Source: the human T2T-CHM13v2.0 reference genome, Homo sapiens
Assembly: GCA_009914755.4 (NCBI GenBank)
Contig: CP068257.2
Location: forward strand, 15,680,001 to 15,744,000
DNA: 64,000 nt
Direction of reading: 5' to 3'
The notes below the pieces were generated by a model, which was not told the DNA's origin, ran no database searches, and worked only from the letters and a program-made list of their open reading frames with translations. The translations under genes were made by a program, and so were the position numbers. Shown here one piece after another: positions 17,917 through 33,156 of this stretch. The stretch's first letter is position 1. Each line of letters opens with the position of its first letter.

Positions 17917-18478
17917 TATGTCTAAGAATGTGTCTTCATTCATTGTGCTGGGAACTCAGTGCAGTCTTTAATTGCAAGTTAAAATCACCTTGGATTTTTT
18001 ATTTGCTAATTTTGTCTACATCATTTTCTTTGTCATCTCTTTGTGGAATTCTTGGTAGCTTATTTTCGTCTCTTAGATTATGCATTTTAAATATTTTCTA
18101 CTTTCTGTTTAATTTATTTATGTCTTCCAAAGTGTCTACCAAATTGTTTTCTAGCAATATTTTAGCACCATCAGGATTCAGTACCTTGGACAGTTCTCTG
18201 GGTGACGATGTAATTCAGGGCACCAATTAGCATGCTGAGGGCCACAGACATCAAACCAGAGTGAGAGAGGAGAGAGAGTTTGAGTGGAAAAAAAAATAAT
18301 TGTTTGTGAGATCAGAAGACAATCTCAAGAACTTTCAAATAACCATGAGATATGGGGTAAAGCAGAAATTCTAATTTGATGGGCATCTATTATCTATCCA
18401 GCACTGTTTTCTAGGATTTCTCCACCAGCATCTCTGCTCCACTACACAAACATACACACACACACTCCCCAACATGAC

Positions 18479-20745
18479 TGATACAGTTTGGCTGTGTCTT
18501 CACTGAAATCTCAACTTGAATTGTATCTCCCAGAATTCCCACATGTTGTAGGAGGGACCCAGGAAGAGGTAATTGAATCATGGGGCCTGGTCTTTCCCAT
18601 GCTATTCTCGTGATAGTGAATAAGTTTCACGAGATCTGATGGGTTTATCAGGGGTTGTCGCTTTTGCTTCTTCCTCATTTTTCTCTTGGCACCACCATGT
18701 GAGAATTGTCTTTCACCTCCCACCATGATTCTGAGGCCTCCCCTGCCATGTGGAACTATAAGTCCAATGAAACCTCTTTTTGTTCCCAATTTTGTGTATG
18801 TCTTCATCAGCAGCATGAAAACAGACTAATACAGTAAATTGATACCAGTAGAGTAGAGCACTGCAGAAAAGTTACCCAAAAATGTGGAAGCGATTTTGGA
18901 ACTGGGTAACAGGCAGAGGTTGGAACATTTTGGAGAACTCAGAAGAAGACAGAAAAATGTGGGAAAGTTTGGAACTTCCTAGAGACTTGTTGAAGGGCTT
19001 TGCCCAAAATGCTGATAGTGATATGAACAATAAAATTCAGGCTGAGGTATTCTCAAATGGAGATGAGGAATTTGTTGGAAACTGGAGCAAAGGTGACTCT
19101 AGTTATGTTTTAGCAAAGAGACTGGTGGTATTTTGCCCCTGCCCTAGAGATTTGTGAAACTTTGAACTTGAGAGAGATGATTTAGGGTAACCAGTGAAAG
19201 AAATTTCTGAACAGCAAAGCATTCAAGAGGTAACTTGGGTGCTGTTAAAGGCATTCAGTTTTATAAGGGAAGCAGAGCATAAAAGCTTGGAAAATTTGCA
19301 GCCTGACTATGTGATAGAAAAAGAAAAACCCATTTTCTATGGAGAAATTCAAGCTAGCTGCAGAAATTTGCATAAACAGGAAGGAACCTAATGTTAATCC
19401 CCAAGACTATGGAGAAAATGTCTCCAGGCCATGTCAGAGAACTTCCTGGCAGCCTCTCCCACCACAGGCCTGGAGGACTAGGAGAAAAAAGTGGTTTTGT
19501 GGGCTAGGCCCAGGGTTCCTATGCTGTGTGCAGCCTAGGGATTTTGTCCCGTGTCCCAGCAGCTCCAGCCATGGCTGAAAGGGGCCAATGTGCAGCTCAG
19601 GCTGTGGCTTCAGAGGGTGGAAGCCCCAAGCCTTGGCAGCTTCCACGTGGTGTTGAGCATGCAGGTGTGCAGAAGTCAAGAACTGAGGTTTGGGAACCTC
19701 TGCCTAGATTTCAGAAGATGTATAAAAACCCCTGGATGCCCAGGCAACAGTTTGCTGCATAGGCAGGGCTCTCATGGAGAACCTCTGCTAGAGCAATGCA
19801 GAAGGGAAACATGAGGTCAGAGGACCCACACAGAGTCCCTACTGGGGCACTGCCTAGTGGAGCTGTGAGAAGAGGGCCACCATCCTCCAGACCCCAGAAT
19901 GGTAGATCCACTGACAGCTTACACCACAAACCTGGAAAAGCCATAGACACTCAATGCCAGCCTGTGAAAGCAGCCAAAAGGGAGTCTGTACACTGCAAAG
20001 CCACAGGGATGAAGCTGCCCAAGACCATGGGAACCCACCTCTTGCATCAGTGTGACATGGATATGAGACCTGGAGTCAAAGGAGATCATCTTGGAGATTT
20101 AAAATTTGATTTCCCTGCTGGATTTTAGACTTGCATGGGCCCTGTAGCCCTTTTGTTTTGGCCAAATTCTCCCATTTGGAATGGCTGTATTTACCCAATA
20201 CCTGTACCCCATTGTATGTAGGAAGTAACTAGCTTGCTTTTGATTTTACAGGCTCATAGGCAGAAAGGACTTGCCTTGTCTCAGACAGGACTTTGAACTG
20301 TGGACTTTTGGGTTAATGCTGAAATGAGTTAAGATTTTGGGGTACTGTTAGGAAGGCATGGTAGGTTTTGAAATGTGAGGACACGAGATTTGGAGGGGCA
20401 AGAGGTAGAATAATATGGTTTGGCTGTGTCCCTACCAAAATCTCAACTTGAATTTATCTCCCAGAATTCCCACATGTTATGGGAGGGACCCAGGGGGAGG
20501 TAATTGAATCATGGGGGCCAGTCTTTGCCATTCTATTCTCATGATAGAAGTCTCACAAGATCTGATGTGTTTATCAGGGATTTCTGCTTTTGCTTCTTCC
20601 TCATTTTTCTCTTGCCGCCATCATGTAAGAAGTGACTTTCACCTCTCGCCATGATTCTGAGGCCTCCCCAGCCATGTGGAACTGTAATTCCAATGAAACC
20701 TCTTTGGGATTGTCTTTATCAGCAGTATGAAAACAGACTAATACA
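18479..20745 (+). mobile_element. Complete MaLR element (THE1/MST-type: LTR, internal region, LTR) with the 5-bp TSD ATGAC
   Basis: The 5' LTR is 18479-18836 ('tgatacagtttggctgtgtc..ctcccagaattcccacatgttgtaggagggacccagg..taattgaatcatgggg...acagactaataca'). The 3' LTR is 20411-20745. The internal 1.57 kb ('..tggaagcgattttggaactgggtaacag..') matches the non-coding and gag-like MaLR internal sequence. 'atgac' is found at 18474-18478 and 20746-20750. Confidence 0.85.
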
Positions 20746-22879
20746 ATGACTATGACTCAATAAGTTACCATGTTCCTCGAGCTCTGCCTCATCACACTGT
20801 TGACCTCAGTTGATTAATTCAGAGGTGAATATCTGACCAAGACGAGTTCATCAGTTCCCTTTCCAATGATTTTTTAAAATAAGCTATTTATTTTAGAATT
20901 ATTTTAGATTTATGGAATATCTGTGGAGATAGTGTACACTACACCCACAACTAATTTCTCCTGTTATTAATATCTTACACTATTATGGTACACTTCTTAT
21001 AGTTAATTAACCAATATTTATATATTAAGATACCCCTTTTTTGATTACCTTGATGCTTTTGAGAAGTATTGATCAGGTATTTTTGAAAAGTCCCTCAGTT
21101 GGAACTTATCTGACGTTTCTTTCATGGTTAGACTGGGGTTATGAGTTTTGGGAAGAAAGACTATAGAGATCAACTGTCATTCTCAACAAATCATATCAAG
21201 GTACTCCACTATCATCATGAATTATCACTGTTGATGTTAATTTTGATCACCTTGCTGAAGTAGTGTTTGTCAGCTTTCTTCACTATAAAGTTATTCTTTT
21301 CCTCCTTCAATAATGTAGAATTTGAAAGGAAGTTGCTATGTGCAGCCCACACTTAAGGAGTGTGGAGTTATGTTCCACCTTCTTAAGGACCTACTATCTA
21401 CATAAACTTTTTGAAATTTTTCTGCACAGGAGATTTTCCTCATCTTCTCCATTCATTTATTTATTTAGTCATTTATTTGTATTAGCAGGGATTCATAAAT
21501 ATTTATTTTATACTTTGGGCTATAATTCAATGATACTTTATTTGGTTGCTCAAGTTATTCTAGCTTTGGCCACAGGCAGCTCCTGCCCCAAAGATTTTTA
21601 AAATTGTAATAAGAAACCAATCAGCCTCTGTCTCTAGATGACTAAACCTATTTTTATCTAAAACTCGAAAGCTGTTGGAAACCAATTTTTTTCTACCAGA
21701 GTATAAATATGATGGAACCAATTATGCAGAGAGAAAATAATGTAAAGTAAGAAGCCCAGAAAAGAAGCAAAAGCACACACCCTTATTCCCTCCCAATTCT
21801 TTAGTTAGATCCACATCCTGGGAAGTCCTGTTGTCCTATTCTGAGGTTTTGTGTGCCATTCCAGTTTCTGCATACAAAATATCTCTTTTTCTTTAAATTG
21901 GATCCATCTATTCAACCTGAAGAGTTCAAACAGCTACAAGAAGAAACTGCATTATTTGGGTGGGGACACAGGCGAGGAGATTTCCAGTAGTGGTTATTAA
22001 TATCATTCATTGAAACCTAGAGACCCAGGGTTCAGTTGCATTTCCGACAGTCCCTGGCTTGTTCCTGCCATCCTTGGCACTGCCCAAGAGGCCTCTGATG
22101 ATGACTGCCACTGATATGCTCAGCTCTGTCCACCTCTGGGATTAATGAGATCTTTGTCTGAGTTCCCTGGCCTGCCAGCTCCTCTTCTGTTGCTCCCATC
22201 AGTTTTACACCTTTCATTCTTCCTATCTCCACCTTGCCTACCCACTCCACCCAACTTTCTTTTTCCTGTAGTAGTTTTACTACAGGATCTGCTTCAATTC
22301 CTGGTGGAAAGTCACGTTGGTACTTAGTGTTTGGACAGTATATTATACATTATAATGACAGTATAAGATTTGTAGACAAATATCATTCCACTTTAAGAGT
22401 AAGTTTTAAGGTAGATATTATTCCAATATCTCGAATTAGAAAACTAGAAAATTTCAAATTAGAAAACTATCATTCATACTCATTGAGTCCTCTTTCACAT
22501 AGTGAAAGCGAGTTTCAACCAAGGTTTTGACTCCAACTACTGTGCTCATTCCACAATACTATACCGCATGCATTAAAAGAGTGACAAGTTAAGCTGCATT
22601 CTTATTCTTTGATTGAAGGAAATATCTAGTGACCTTACGAGGCAGCCTTCTTAGTATAGCCAAGAAAACCATCGGGTCTGTATGTGCAACCAACCTAATG
22701 TTCATATAGATCATCATTTTACCGATATGGTGAAGGTAAATTACTCCTTTTACATATTACAGTAGTTATGAGGAAGCTAAAGGAATAATCTGATTTCATT
22801 TCTATAAATGTATGGGGTAGGACAGCAATTTTGTTACATCCATAGATTGCATAGTAATCAAGTCAAGGCTTTTAGGGTA

Positions 22880-24950
<2,071 letters not shown>

Positions 24951-25189
24951 TGTAATAACCACTGAAAACATGATTCCAACTTTATCTTTAAACTATAACT
25001 CAAAACAATGATAGATATTTTAAGAATTAGACCGATTTTTTGTCATTGGAAGCTAAAAATCAGCTTTATCTAGAAGGTGTAAAAAACACTTTAGTACAAA
25101 CCTACCTAGATTGGGAAATTTACCGGAACTCATTTATTCAATAGTTATGCATATTTCAAATAAAGCTGCCATTTTTTTTTATTTCTGCT

Positions 25190-25751
25190 TTTATAAACTA
25201 CCACAAACTTAGCAGCTTAAAACAGCATAAGTTTATTATCTTACCATTGTGGAGGTCAGAAATTTAACATGGGTCTCACTGGACTAAAATCCAGTGCTGT
25301 GTCTCTTTCCGGAGGCTCTAGGGGAGGATTCATTTCCTCGCTCATTCAGATTGTCAGCAGAATTCAGTTCTTCGTGTTGTAGGACATAAATCTCTATTTC
25401 TTTACTGGCTGTCAGCGAGGACTTTCCATCTTCTAGAGGCCATGGCATTCCTTAGCTCAGGGCTCCCTTCCCCATTTCAAAACCAGTAATAGTGGGCAGA
25501 GGCCTTCCAAAGCCTCAAATCTCTCTTCCTTCCATCTCATCCCCCGACACAGCCAGGAAAATTTACCCACTTTTAAGGACTCATACGATTATGTTGGGCC
25601 CACATAGATAATCCAAGATAATACCCCCATTTTGACATCTGTTCCTTTCATCACAACCACAAAGCCTCCTTTGCCATGTAAGGTAATGTATTCACATGTT
25701 CAAGACATTCAGGGGTGGGCATATTTGGGGGCTATTATTCTGCCTACCACA
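25190..25751. mobile_element. Ancient MaLR/MLT1-like solo LTR
   Basis: '..aaactaccacaaacttagcagcttaaaacagcataagtttattatcttaccattgtggaggtcagaaat..ggaggctctaggggaggattcatttcc...cattcaggggtgggcatatttgggggctattattctgcctaccacag' matches a common MLT1-type consensus. Confidence 0.55.
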
Positions 25752-27428
25752 GTTACCATACCACTGCAACTTTCAACCACATAAACTATTATAGTAATTT
25801 AAACTCCTCACATTAATCTGCTGCATTATAATAAACAGCAATGCCTTAAATGTTTTTCCCCATTTTGAATTTTTTCTTAATTTTCTTCTCAAGAAAAAAT
25901 TTGTGCTGTGTCCATAAAATTTAGCAAACGAATATATACAATAATTTCATTCACAATGAATTTTATAAACCATTTTCATGAACAAATACATTTAACAAGT
26001 TCTATTTGCTTTCTTTTCATTTCCTCATACAACCATCCACTGACTTAATTTGATTTCATAGAGATTTAGGGCTGCTTTCTCTCTTCTTGAATGTTGAAAT
26101 TATGCTTTCACAGTAGATAGGCTTTCTGAGGAATAAGAATCACTTGTGCTTTTTTCTATGTGAGGAAATTAGAATTTTCAGCTTCACCAGAGATTATTTC
26201 ATCCTTGAACAGTGACTAGTTAGCTTTCAATAATGAGATCTGACTCCCACTCAATCTAAATAAAACATTTAAAATACTACTTAATTAACAATAAAATGAT
26301 TTTTCCAGTAACCAATTTCCTAGCAAATGCACTATATAAATATCAAGTTCTCCTTTTCTCTGCCAATACTTAGCAACTTAACTTCTGTATTAGAAAGGTC
26401 AGAAGAAATGAGAGATGCAATTTAAAATCAGTTGGTATTCCTATAAACTTTTTAATAGTGCTGGTAAAGAATGGGTTCTAATTTATAATTATAATATGTG
26501 GTTTAAACAATGCTTCTCCTTCTTTTTTAGCTTTTTCCTCAAGTCCATGAAAAGGCCTACTAAGTCTAATTACTTATGCCTCTCTTTGTTTTCTTCTTTC
26601 CTATTATCTTAGGCACAACCAGCTTCAAATATCACGTCTATGCAGGTAACTCAAGTCCGTGTTGCCATACTATCAAATGACCTATTTTACATTCCTATCA
26701 AAGATGCATTTAAATACTTCCTATTGACTCAAAATCAAAATACTGAAACTTTAGTCATTAATCCCATGATCTTCATAATTATTGTCCTTAAAACACTGAA
26801 GAGCGAAAACACAAAGGGGATAGAAAAAGAACTTTTCAGTGGAATGCCTGAGAAATTAAAGGATGTGACACATTTGATCATGTGGTGTTGAAAAGTGAAT
26901 CGGGATCATGGGGATCATTGTGGATGGGAAGCAGGACTAGACTGCAGCTCTGACTCAGACAGAGCAGTGTGTGGAGGCTTGTATCATGAATTTTTGCTCC
27001 AGAACAACTACAGTAATAAACCAGGAAAACTGGGAAGATCCACAGACCCCCTGAAGAAAGCAAATTGCTCTTGCAGGACCTGGGAGACACCCTAAATATT
27101 GTGAGTGCCCAAACTGTGGAAGTGGGAAAGGGAGATTGCCTGCCCCCGAACACACAACCCCCACTGGGGAAACTGAAAGTCTAGAATATGGGAGAAGATT
27201 TTGACCTTACCTGGAGCTGAGTCAATTTAGAGAGCTGAGTGAAATACAGGGGTAGTGGAAGCAGCAGGAAAAGCCCTGGGAGTTCACTGGGTCCCCTAGC
27301 AAGCCACTTTTCCCTGGCCTCACAGGGGTCCTTCGTGGGAGCAGCCAGAGACACTGGGAAGAGGTCACAGGAAGAAGGAAATCTCCAGCTGAACTCTGTA
27401 ACAATTTGAACTCATCAAGAAGCTTCCT

Positions 27429-27680
27429 ACTTTGGGAAGCCCAGGTGGGCGGATCACGAGGTCAGGAGATGGAGACCATCCTGGCTAACACACTGAAAAG
27501 AAATACAAAAAAATTAGCCGGGTGTGGTAGCGGGCACCTGTAGTCCCAGCTAATAGGGAGGCTGAGGCAGAAGAATGGTGTGAACCCGGGAGGCGGAGCT
27601 TGCAGTGGCCCAGATCACTCCACTGCACTCCAGCCTGGGTGACAGGGCAAGACTCCATCAGAAAAAAAAAAAAAAAAAAA
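27429..27680 (+). mobile_element. 5'-truncated Alu with TSD about AAGCTTCCT
   Basis: 'actttgggaagcccaggtgggcggatcacgaggtcaggag...' through a poly-A tail. 'aagcttcct' is found at 27420-27428 and 27680-27688. Confidence 0.9.
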
Positions 27681-28684
27681 GCTTCCTGGCTAGAACTCAG
27701 GGGAGGGCATGAATCCAATGTGCAGACTCCACATGTGGGGTAAGAAGGAAAGCCATATTTGCATTTGCAGCTGGGAGGTGGGTAACCTGGGGCAAGTTAT
27801 CAGCCATGCTCACCCACTGCCTACAAACAGACTCGGTGCTGTTGGGAAGGGGCAAGATGGGAGAGAGACCAGCCCTTCAAATTTTGTGTGGGAGCTGGGT
27901 GAGGCCTGTGACTGCCAGCTTTCCCCTGCTTCCCTGACAACTCACTACTGTGCATGACACAGTACAGACAGTCATAATCCTCCTAGGAACAGAACTCCAT
28001 TGACCTGGGAACCTCATCCTCATTCCCCACAGCAGCTGAAGCAAGACCCACCCAGGCAGAGTCTGAGCTCAGACATGCCCAGCCCTGCCCCCACACAATT
28101 GTCCTTCCCTACCCAACCTGGTAACTGCAGACAAAGGGCCATATACTCTTGGGAGTTCTAGGGCCCCCACCCACCACCTGTTTCTCTCCATACTACCACA
28201 GCTGATGCTCTCTGGAAAGCACCACCTCCTGGCAGGAGGCCAACCAGCACAAAAATAGTGCAATAAACCAACAAAGCCAAGTACCCTCGCAGAGCCCATT
28301 TTACTCCCCCACCACCTCCACCAGAGCATACGCTGGTATCAATGGCTGAGAGACCCACAGACGGTTCACATCACAGGCCTCTATGCAGACAACCCCCAGT
28401 ACCAGCCCAGAGCCTGGTAGACTTGCTGGATGGCTAGATCCAGGAGAGAGATAACAATCTCCACAGCTCAGCTCTCAGTAAACCACATCCCTAAGAAAAG
28501 GGGGAGAGTACTACATCAAGGCAACACCCCATGGGACAAAAGAATCTGAACAACAGCCTTCAGCCCTAGACCTTCCCTCTGACAGAGCCTACCCAAATGA
28601 GAAGGAACCAGAAAACCAACTCTGGTAATATGACAAAATGAGATTCTTTAACACCTCCAAAAAAATCACATTAGCTCACCATCA

Positions 28685-29068
28685 GTGGACTCAAACCATG
28701 TAGAAATCCCCAATTTACCTGAAAAAGAATTCAGAAGGTTAATTATTAAGCTAATCAGGGAGGCACCAGAGAAAGGTGAAGCCCAATCTAAGGAACTACA
28801 AAAAGTGATACAAGAAGTGAACACAGAAATATTCAAGGAAATAGGTAACATAAATAAACAACAATCAAAACTTCAGGAAAGAATGGACACACTTATAGAA
28901 ATGCAAAATACTCTGGAAAGTCTCAGCAAGAGAATTGAACAAGTAGAAGAAAGAAATTCAGAGCTCAAAGACAGGGTCTTCGAATTAACCCAATCCAACA
29001 AAGACAAAGATAAAAGCATAAGAAAATATGAACAAAGCCTCCAAGAAGTCTGGGATTATGTTAAATGA
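28685..29068 (+). pseudogene. ORF1 of the old L1 (partial, decayed)
   Basis: See the translation above. The ORF1 reading continues, with stops, to 29292. It is interrupted by the LTR at 29293 and resumes at 29787 ('KERILRAVRQNHQVTYKGKPIRLTADFSTETLQARRN'). Confidence 0.8.
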
Positions 29069-29292
29069 CCAAACCTGAGAATAATTCATGTTCCTGAAGA
29101 ACAGGAACCTAAGAAGAGAAATCTAAAAGTCTGGAAAACATAGTTGGGGGAATAATTAAGAAAAACTTACCCAGCCTTGCTAGAAGCCTAGACATCCAAA
29201 TACAAGAAGCACAAAGAACACCTGGAAAATTCATCACAGAAAGATCATTGCCTAGCCACTTTGTCATCAGGTTATCTAAAGTTAAGACAAAG

Positions 29293-29782
29293 TGAGAGGT
29301 GAAGCCAGCTGAACTTCCTGGGTCGAGTGGGGACTTGGAGAACTTTTCTGTCTTACAAGAGGATTGTAAAATGCACCAATTAGCACTCTGTAGCTAGGAT
29401 TGCAAAATGCACCAATCAGTGCTCTGTGGCTAGCTACAGGTTTGTAAAATGGATCAATCAGCACTCTGTAAAATGGACCAATCAGCACTCTATAAAATGG
29501 ACCAATCAGCACTCTGTAAAATGGACCAATAAGCAGGACATGGGTGGGGACAAATAAGGGAATAAAAGCTGGCCACCCCCAGCCAGCAGCAGCAACTTTC
29601 TCGGGTCCCCTTCCATGCTGTGGAAGCTTTGTTCTTTTGTTCTTCACAATAAATCTTGCTACTGCTCACTCTTTGGGTCCATGCCACCTTTAAGAGCTGT
29701 AACACTCACCACGAAGGTCCACGGCTTCATTCTTGAAATCAGTGAGACCAAGAACCCATCAGAAGGAACCAACTCTGGACAC
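29293..29782 (+). mobile_element. Solo class-I ERV LTR (LTR12/HERV9-like), about 490 bp, with TG..CA ends and the 4-bp TSD AAAG
   Basis: Starts 'TGagaggtgaagccagctg', contains '..gggaataaaagctggcc..', '..cacAATAAAtcttgctactgctcactctttgggtcc..' and '..gagctgtaacactcaccacgaaggtccacggcttcattcttgaaatcagtgagaccaagaacccatcagaaggaaccaactctggacaCA'. 'aaag' is found at 29289-29292 and 29783-29786. It is inserted inside L1 ORF1. Confidence 0.7.
29361..29537 (+). repeat. U3 tandem repeats carrying CCAAT boxes (two units of about 38 bp, then four units of 24 bp 'ctgtaaaatggaccaatcagcact')
   Basis: The periodicity is directly visible. The minus-strand ORF 29282-29647 (PFYRVLIG x3) is its translation artefact. 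Confidence 0.85.
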
Positions 29783-31171
29783 AAAAGGAAAGAATCTTAA
29801 GAGCTGTGAGACAAAATCACCAGGTAACCTATAAAGGAAAACCTATCAGGTTAACAGCAGATTTCTCAACAGAAACCCTACAAGCTAGAAGGAATTGAGG
29901 CCCTATTTTAAGCTTCCTCAAAAAAAAAAAAATTATCATGTAGGAATTTTGTATCCAGTGAAAACTAAGCTTCATATATGAAGGAAAGATACAGTCTTTT
30001 TCAGACAAACAAATGCTGAGATAATTCAACACTACCAAACCACCACTACAAGAACTGCTTAAAGGAGCTCTAAATCTTGAAACAAATCATGGAAACACAT
30101 CAAAACAGAACCTCTTTAAAGCATAAATCTCACAGGACCTATAAAACAAAAATACAATTATAAAAAGAAAACAAGACATACAGGCAACAAATAGCATGAT
30201 GAATGGAATGATACCTCACATCTCAATACTAACATTGAATGTAAGTGGCCTAATGCTCCACTTAAAAGATACAGAATTGCAGAATGAATAAGAATTCACC
30301 AAACCATCTGCTGCCTTCAAGAGACTCACCTAACACATAAGGACTCACATAAACTTAAGATAAAGGGATGGAAAAAGATATTCCATGCAAATGGACACCA
30401 AAAATGAGCAGGAGTAGCTATTCTTATATCAAACAAAACAAACTTTAAAGCAACAGAGGTTAAAAAAGACAAAGAGGAACATTATATAATGATTAAAAGC
30501 CTTGTCCAACAGGAAAATACCACAATCCTAAACATACATGCACCTAACTCTGGAGCTCCCAAATTTATAAAACAATTACTAATATACCTAAGAAATGAGA
30601 TAGGCAGGAACACAATAATAGTGGGAGACTTCAATACTCCACTGACAGCACTACACAGGTCCAGACAGAAACTCAACAAAGAAACAAAGGATTTAAGTTA
30701 CACCCTGGAACAAATGGACTTAACAGATATATACAGAACATTTCATCCAACAACGGTAGAATATACATTCTATTCAACAGTGCATGGAACTTTCTCCAAG
30801 ATAGACAATATTATACACAATATATAGACAATATAAATTTAGGAAAATTGAAATTATATCAGGCACTCTCAGACCACAGTGGAATAAAACTGGAAATCAA
30901 CTCCAAAAGGAACCTTCAAAACCATGCAAATACATGGAAATTAAATAACATGCTCCTGAATGATCACTGGGTCACAAATGAAATGAAGATGGAAATTTAA
31001 AATTTTTTCTAACTGAACGACAATAGTGACACAACCTACCAAAACCTCTGGGACACAGCAAAGGCAGTGCTAAGAGGTAAGTTTATATCCCTAAAGGCCT
31101 ACATCAAAAAGTCTGAAAGAGCACAAACACATAATCTAAGGTCACACCTCAAGGAACCAGAAAAACAAACT

Positions 31172-31224
31172 TGACCTTAGGTAATCTGCCCACCTCAGCC
31201 TCCCAAAGTGCTGGGATTACACGC
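31172..31224 (-). mobile_element. Alu fragment of about 50 bp at the truncation point of the old L1
   Basis: 'gcccacctcagcctcccaaagtgctgggattacacgc'. Confidence 0.6.
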
Positions 31225-31292
31225 AATTCCTTTCCATATGATTCGTCCCATAGGGCAACATGGCAGCTGGCTTCTTCCAGAATAAATGATGT

Positions 31293-31335
31293 GAGAGAGA
31301 GAGAGGAGAGAGAGAGAGAAGGAGAAAGACAGAAT
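31293..31335. repeat. (GA)n simple repeat
   Basis: 'gagagagagagaggagagagagagagaaggagaaagacag'. Confidence 0.85.
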
Positions 31336-33156
31336 GCAACCACAAAAAAATAAAATAAAATTTGTTCAAATATATTATGTGGCTCACAGCCTTTGAGCGG
31401 GCCAGTGGGTTCATCCTGGAAATGCCACTGGCAAAAAAAGCACACGAATCAGTAGAACTTCCCCCATAGAGATGTCTCAGATGGCAAACTGGGTACAGAC
31501 GCTAAAACAGAATCTTTATCACCGATTCCCCTAAAAACCTGATGCCACCATTTGCTTTGCCAGAAAAGAATGGATTCTGCATGGGATCTGATCTTCAACT
31601 TCTACTGTTTCATATCAACATCGTAAGTGCCTCACTAGTGAAGCAATTGCCTATATCCTAAGTACAAAAAGAGGCTGGTAAAATTAATTTCTGGTATCTA
31701 TCTTGGGGAGGATAACTTCCCAATATAATATGGAAATTTTTCCAAACTAAATTAGGGTATTCCAAAGATTCTGGGCAATAACAAAGCCCGAGAGTGTACA
31801 CTACCCTTGCCCACTTAGGTTCCCAAAGTCAGCCAATTCCCTCTTCTATATTTAAACTTGTAAACAGCAGCAATAAATTTAAGTACTAAGATAATCCACT
31901 CTCTCGTCTACAATTGAAAATGGATGCACCTCCCCAATGGAGAATCAATTTTTAAATCATATATGTATATATGATGAGATTTATAAACATACGGATGACA
32001 TAGCCATGTGTGTGTGTGTGTATATATACACAGACACATGATCTATGGCTATTATCCTTAGATCTATATCATGATAGAGAATACCATGACATTCTATAAT
32101 CTGTGGACTAATTTGTAAAGCTAAATAATACTAGTACATCCTACAGAAAATAGGATATTTGTGAGAACAGGATGTTTGTAGAATAGTTGTTAAAGGAGAA
32201 AAAATAATTGAGAGAGCAAGAGCACAAATCACAATAGATAATACAGATCTGCAAGTGATCATAAGGCTCCGATTGACAAGTTAAGACAATTCCTCCACAT
32301 CTTCCAGATTCCTCTGTTGTAAGCCAGCAGCTTAGCTGGCTTGGGTTATTTACTGAGTGAAATAACCCAAACTTGTATTCCTAATAAAAGAATTGGAGAC
32401 CTTGGAACGTGCAGTTTACCCTTGATCTTTACCATCTGATGTGGCAATACTGATAGAAAGCCAAGTGATCTCTTGGTTCAAGGCACTTTTCTCACACTCT
32501 CCCAGAATGGTAGCTATCATTCCTTTTAATAACAGGCTCATTTACCCTCAGCCAACTTTGCATCCCTTTTTTGTGCCTAGTTACGCGGTGGCATGAAGGA
32601 TTTAAAAATGGGCAGGTGTCTCTCTTGAATTTTAGTTCAATAATACTTGCCTCACGTGGTAGGTATTATTGTTATGTCATCAGCTGAAATGTTCCTATTC
32701 AGGTGTGAAAATCTCAATTTCAAATCCGTGTAAGCATATTTTTTATCTGGGGACGGGTGCATATTTCAGTCTGTAGATGTCTCTGGGAAGTCTTTTTATT
32801 TGGTTACAAAAGCTTTCAAATAAGAATTAATTAAGCCAGAATTGGGGGAATCAGAGTAAACTATTGTTAAAAGATAAAATAGGTGGAACAGTAAGATATA
32901 TCAATCTTATTTGCACTCTTGATTCTCAGACCCTTGTATTCTGACTTCTGGACAAATGTATTTTGACTACTGATTTAGAGCATATGGATGTATGATATCA
33001 CTCCAACCTTGCAAGTATTATCACCTACATGATACTCTAATTGAGTTTTCAATAGATTCAGTTCCATAAGAATATTTTTTTCAGGTGGTGGGTGGAATAT
33101 ATAATAATATCAATGAATCTTTTACAATTGAAAGCCTATTGCCTTCTTTCATTGTT

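Larger units (their letters stand above)
26890..31150 (+). mobile_element. Old L1 (L1PB/L1MA-like) carrying the 5'UTR, ORF1 and the N-terminal third of ORF2, then 3'-truncated
   Basis: ORF 28685-29068 translates to old-L1 ORF1 ('..MQNTLESLSKRIEQVEERNSELKDRVFELTQSNKDKDKSIRKYEQSLQEVWDYVK'). ORF 30489-30827 translates to the ORF2 endonuclease ('..ENTTILNIHAPNSGAPKFIKQ..IIVGDFNTPLT..DLTDIYRTFHP'). The start coordinate is approximate. Confidence 0.75.

Noticed and set aside
29361-29537. A tandem array of 24-bp units that could superficially resemble a CRISPR or minisatellite array
   Set aside because: The units are contiguous with no spacers. They sit inside a TG..CA, TSD-flanked LTR, and each carries a CCAAT box. 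This is the U3 enhancer repeat architecture of LTR12-type LTRs.
29282-29647. A 121-aa minus-strand ORF with repeating PFYRVLIG motifs
   Set aside because: It is a translation artefact of the LTR tandem repeats.
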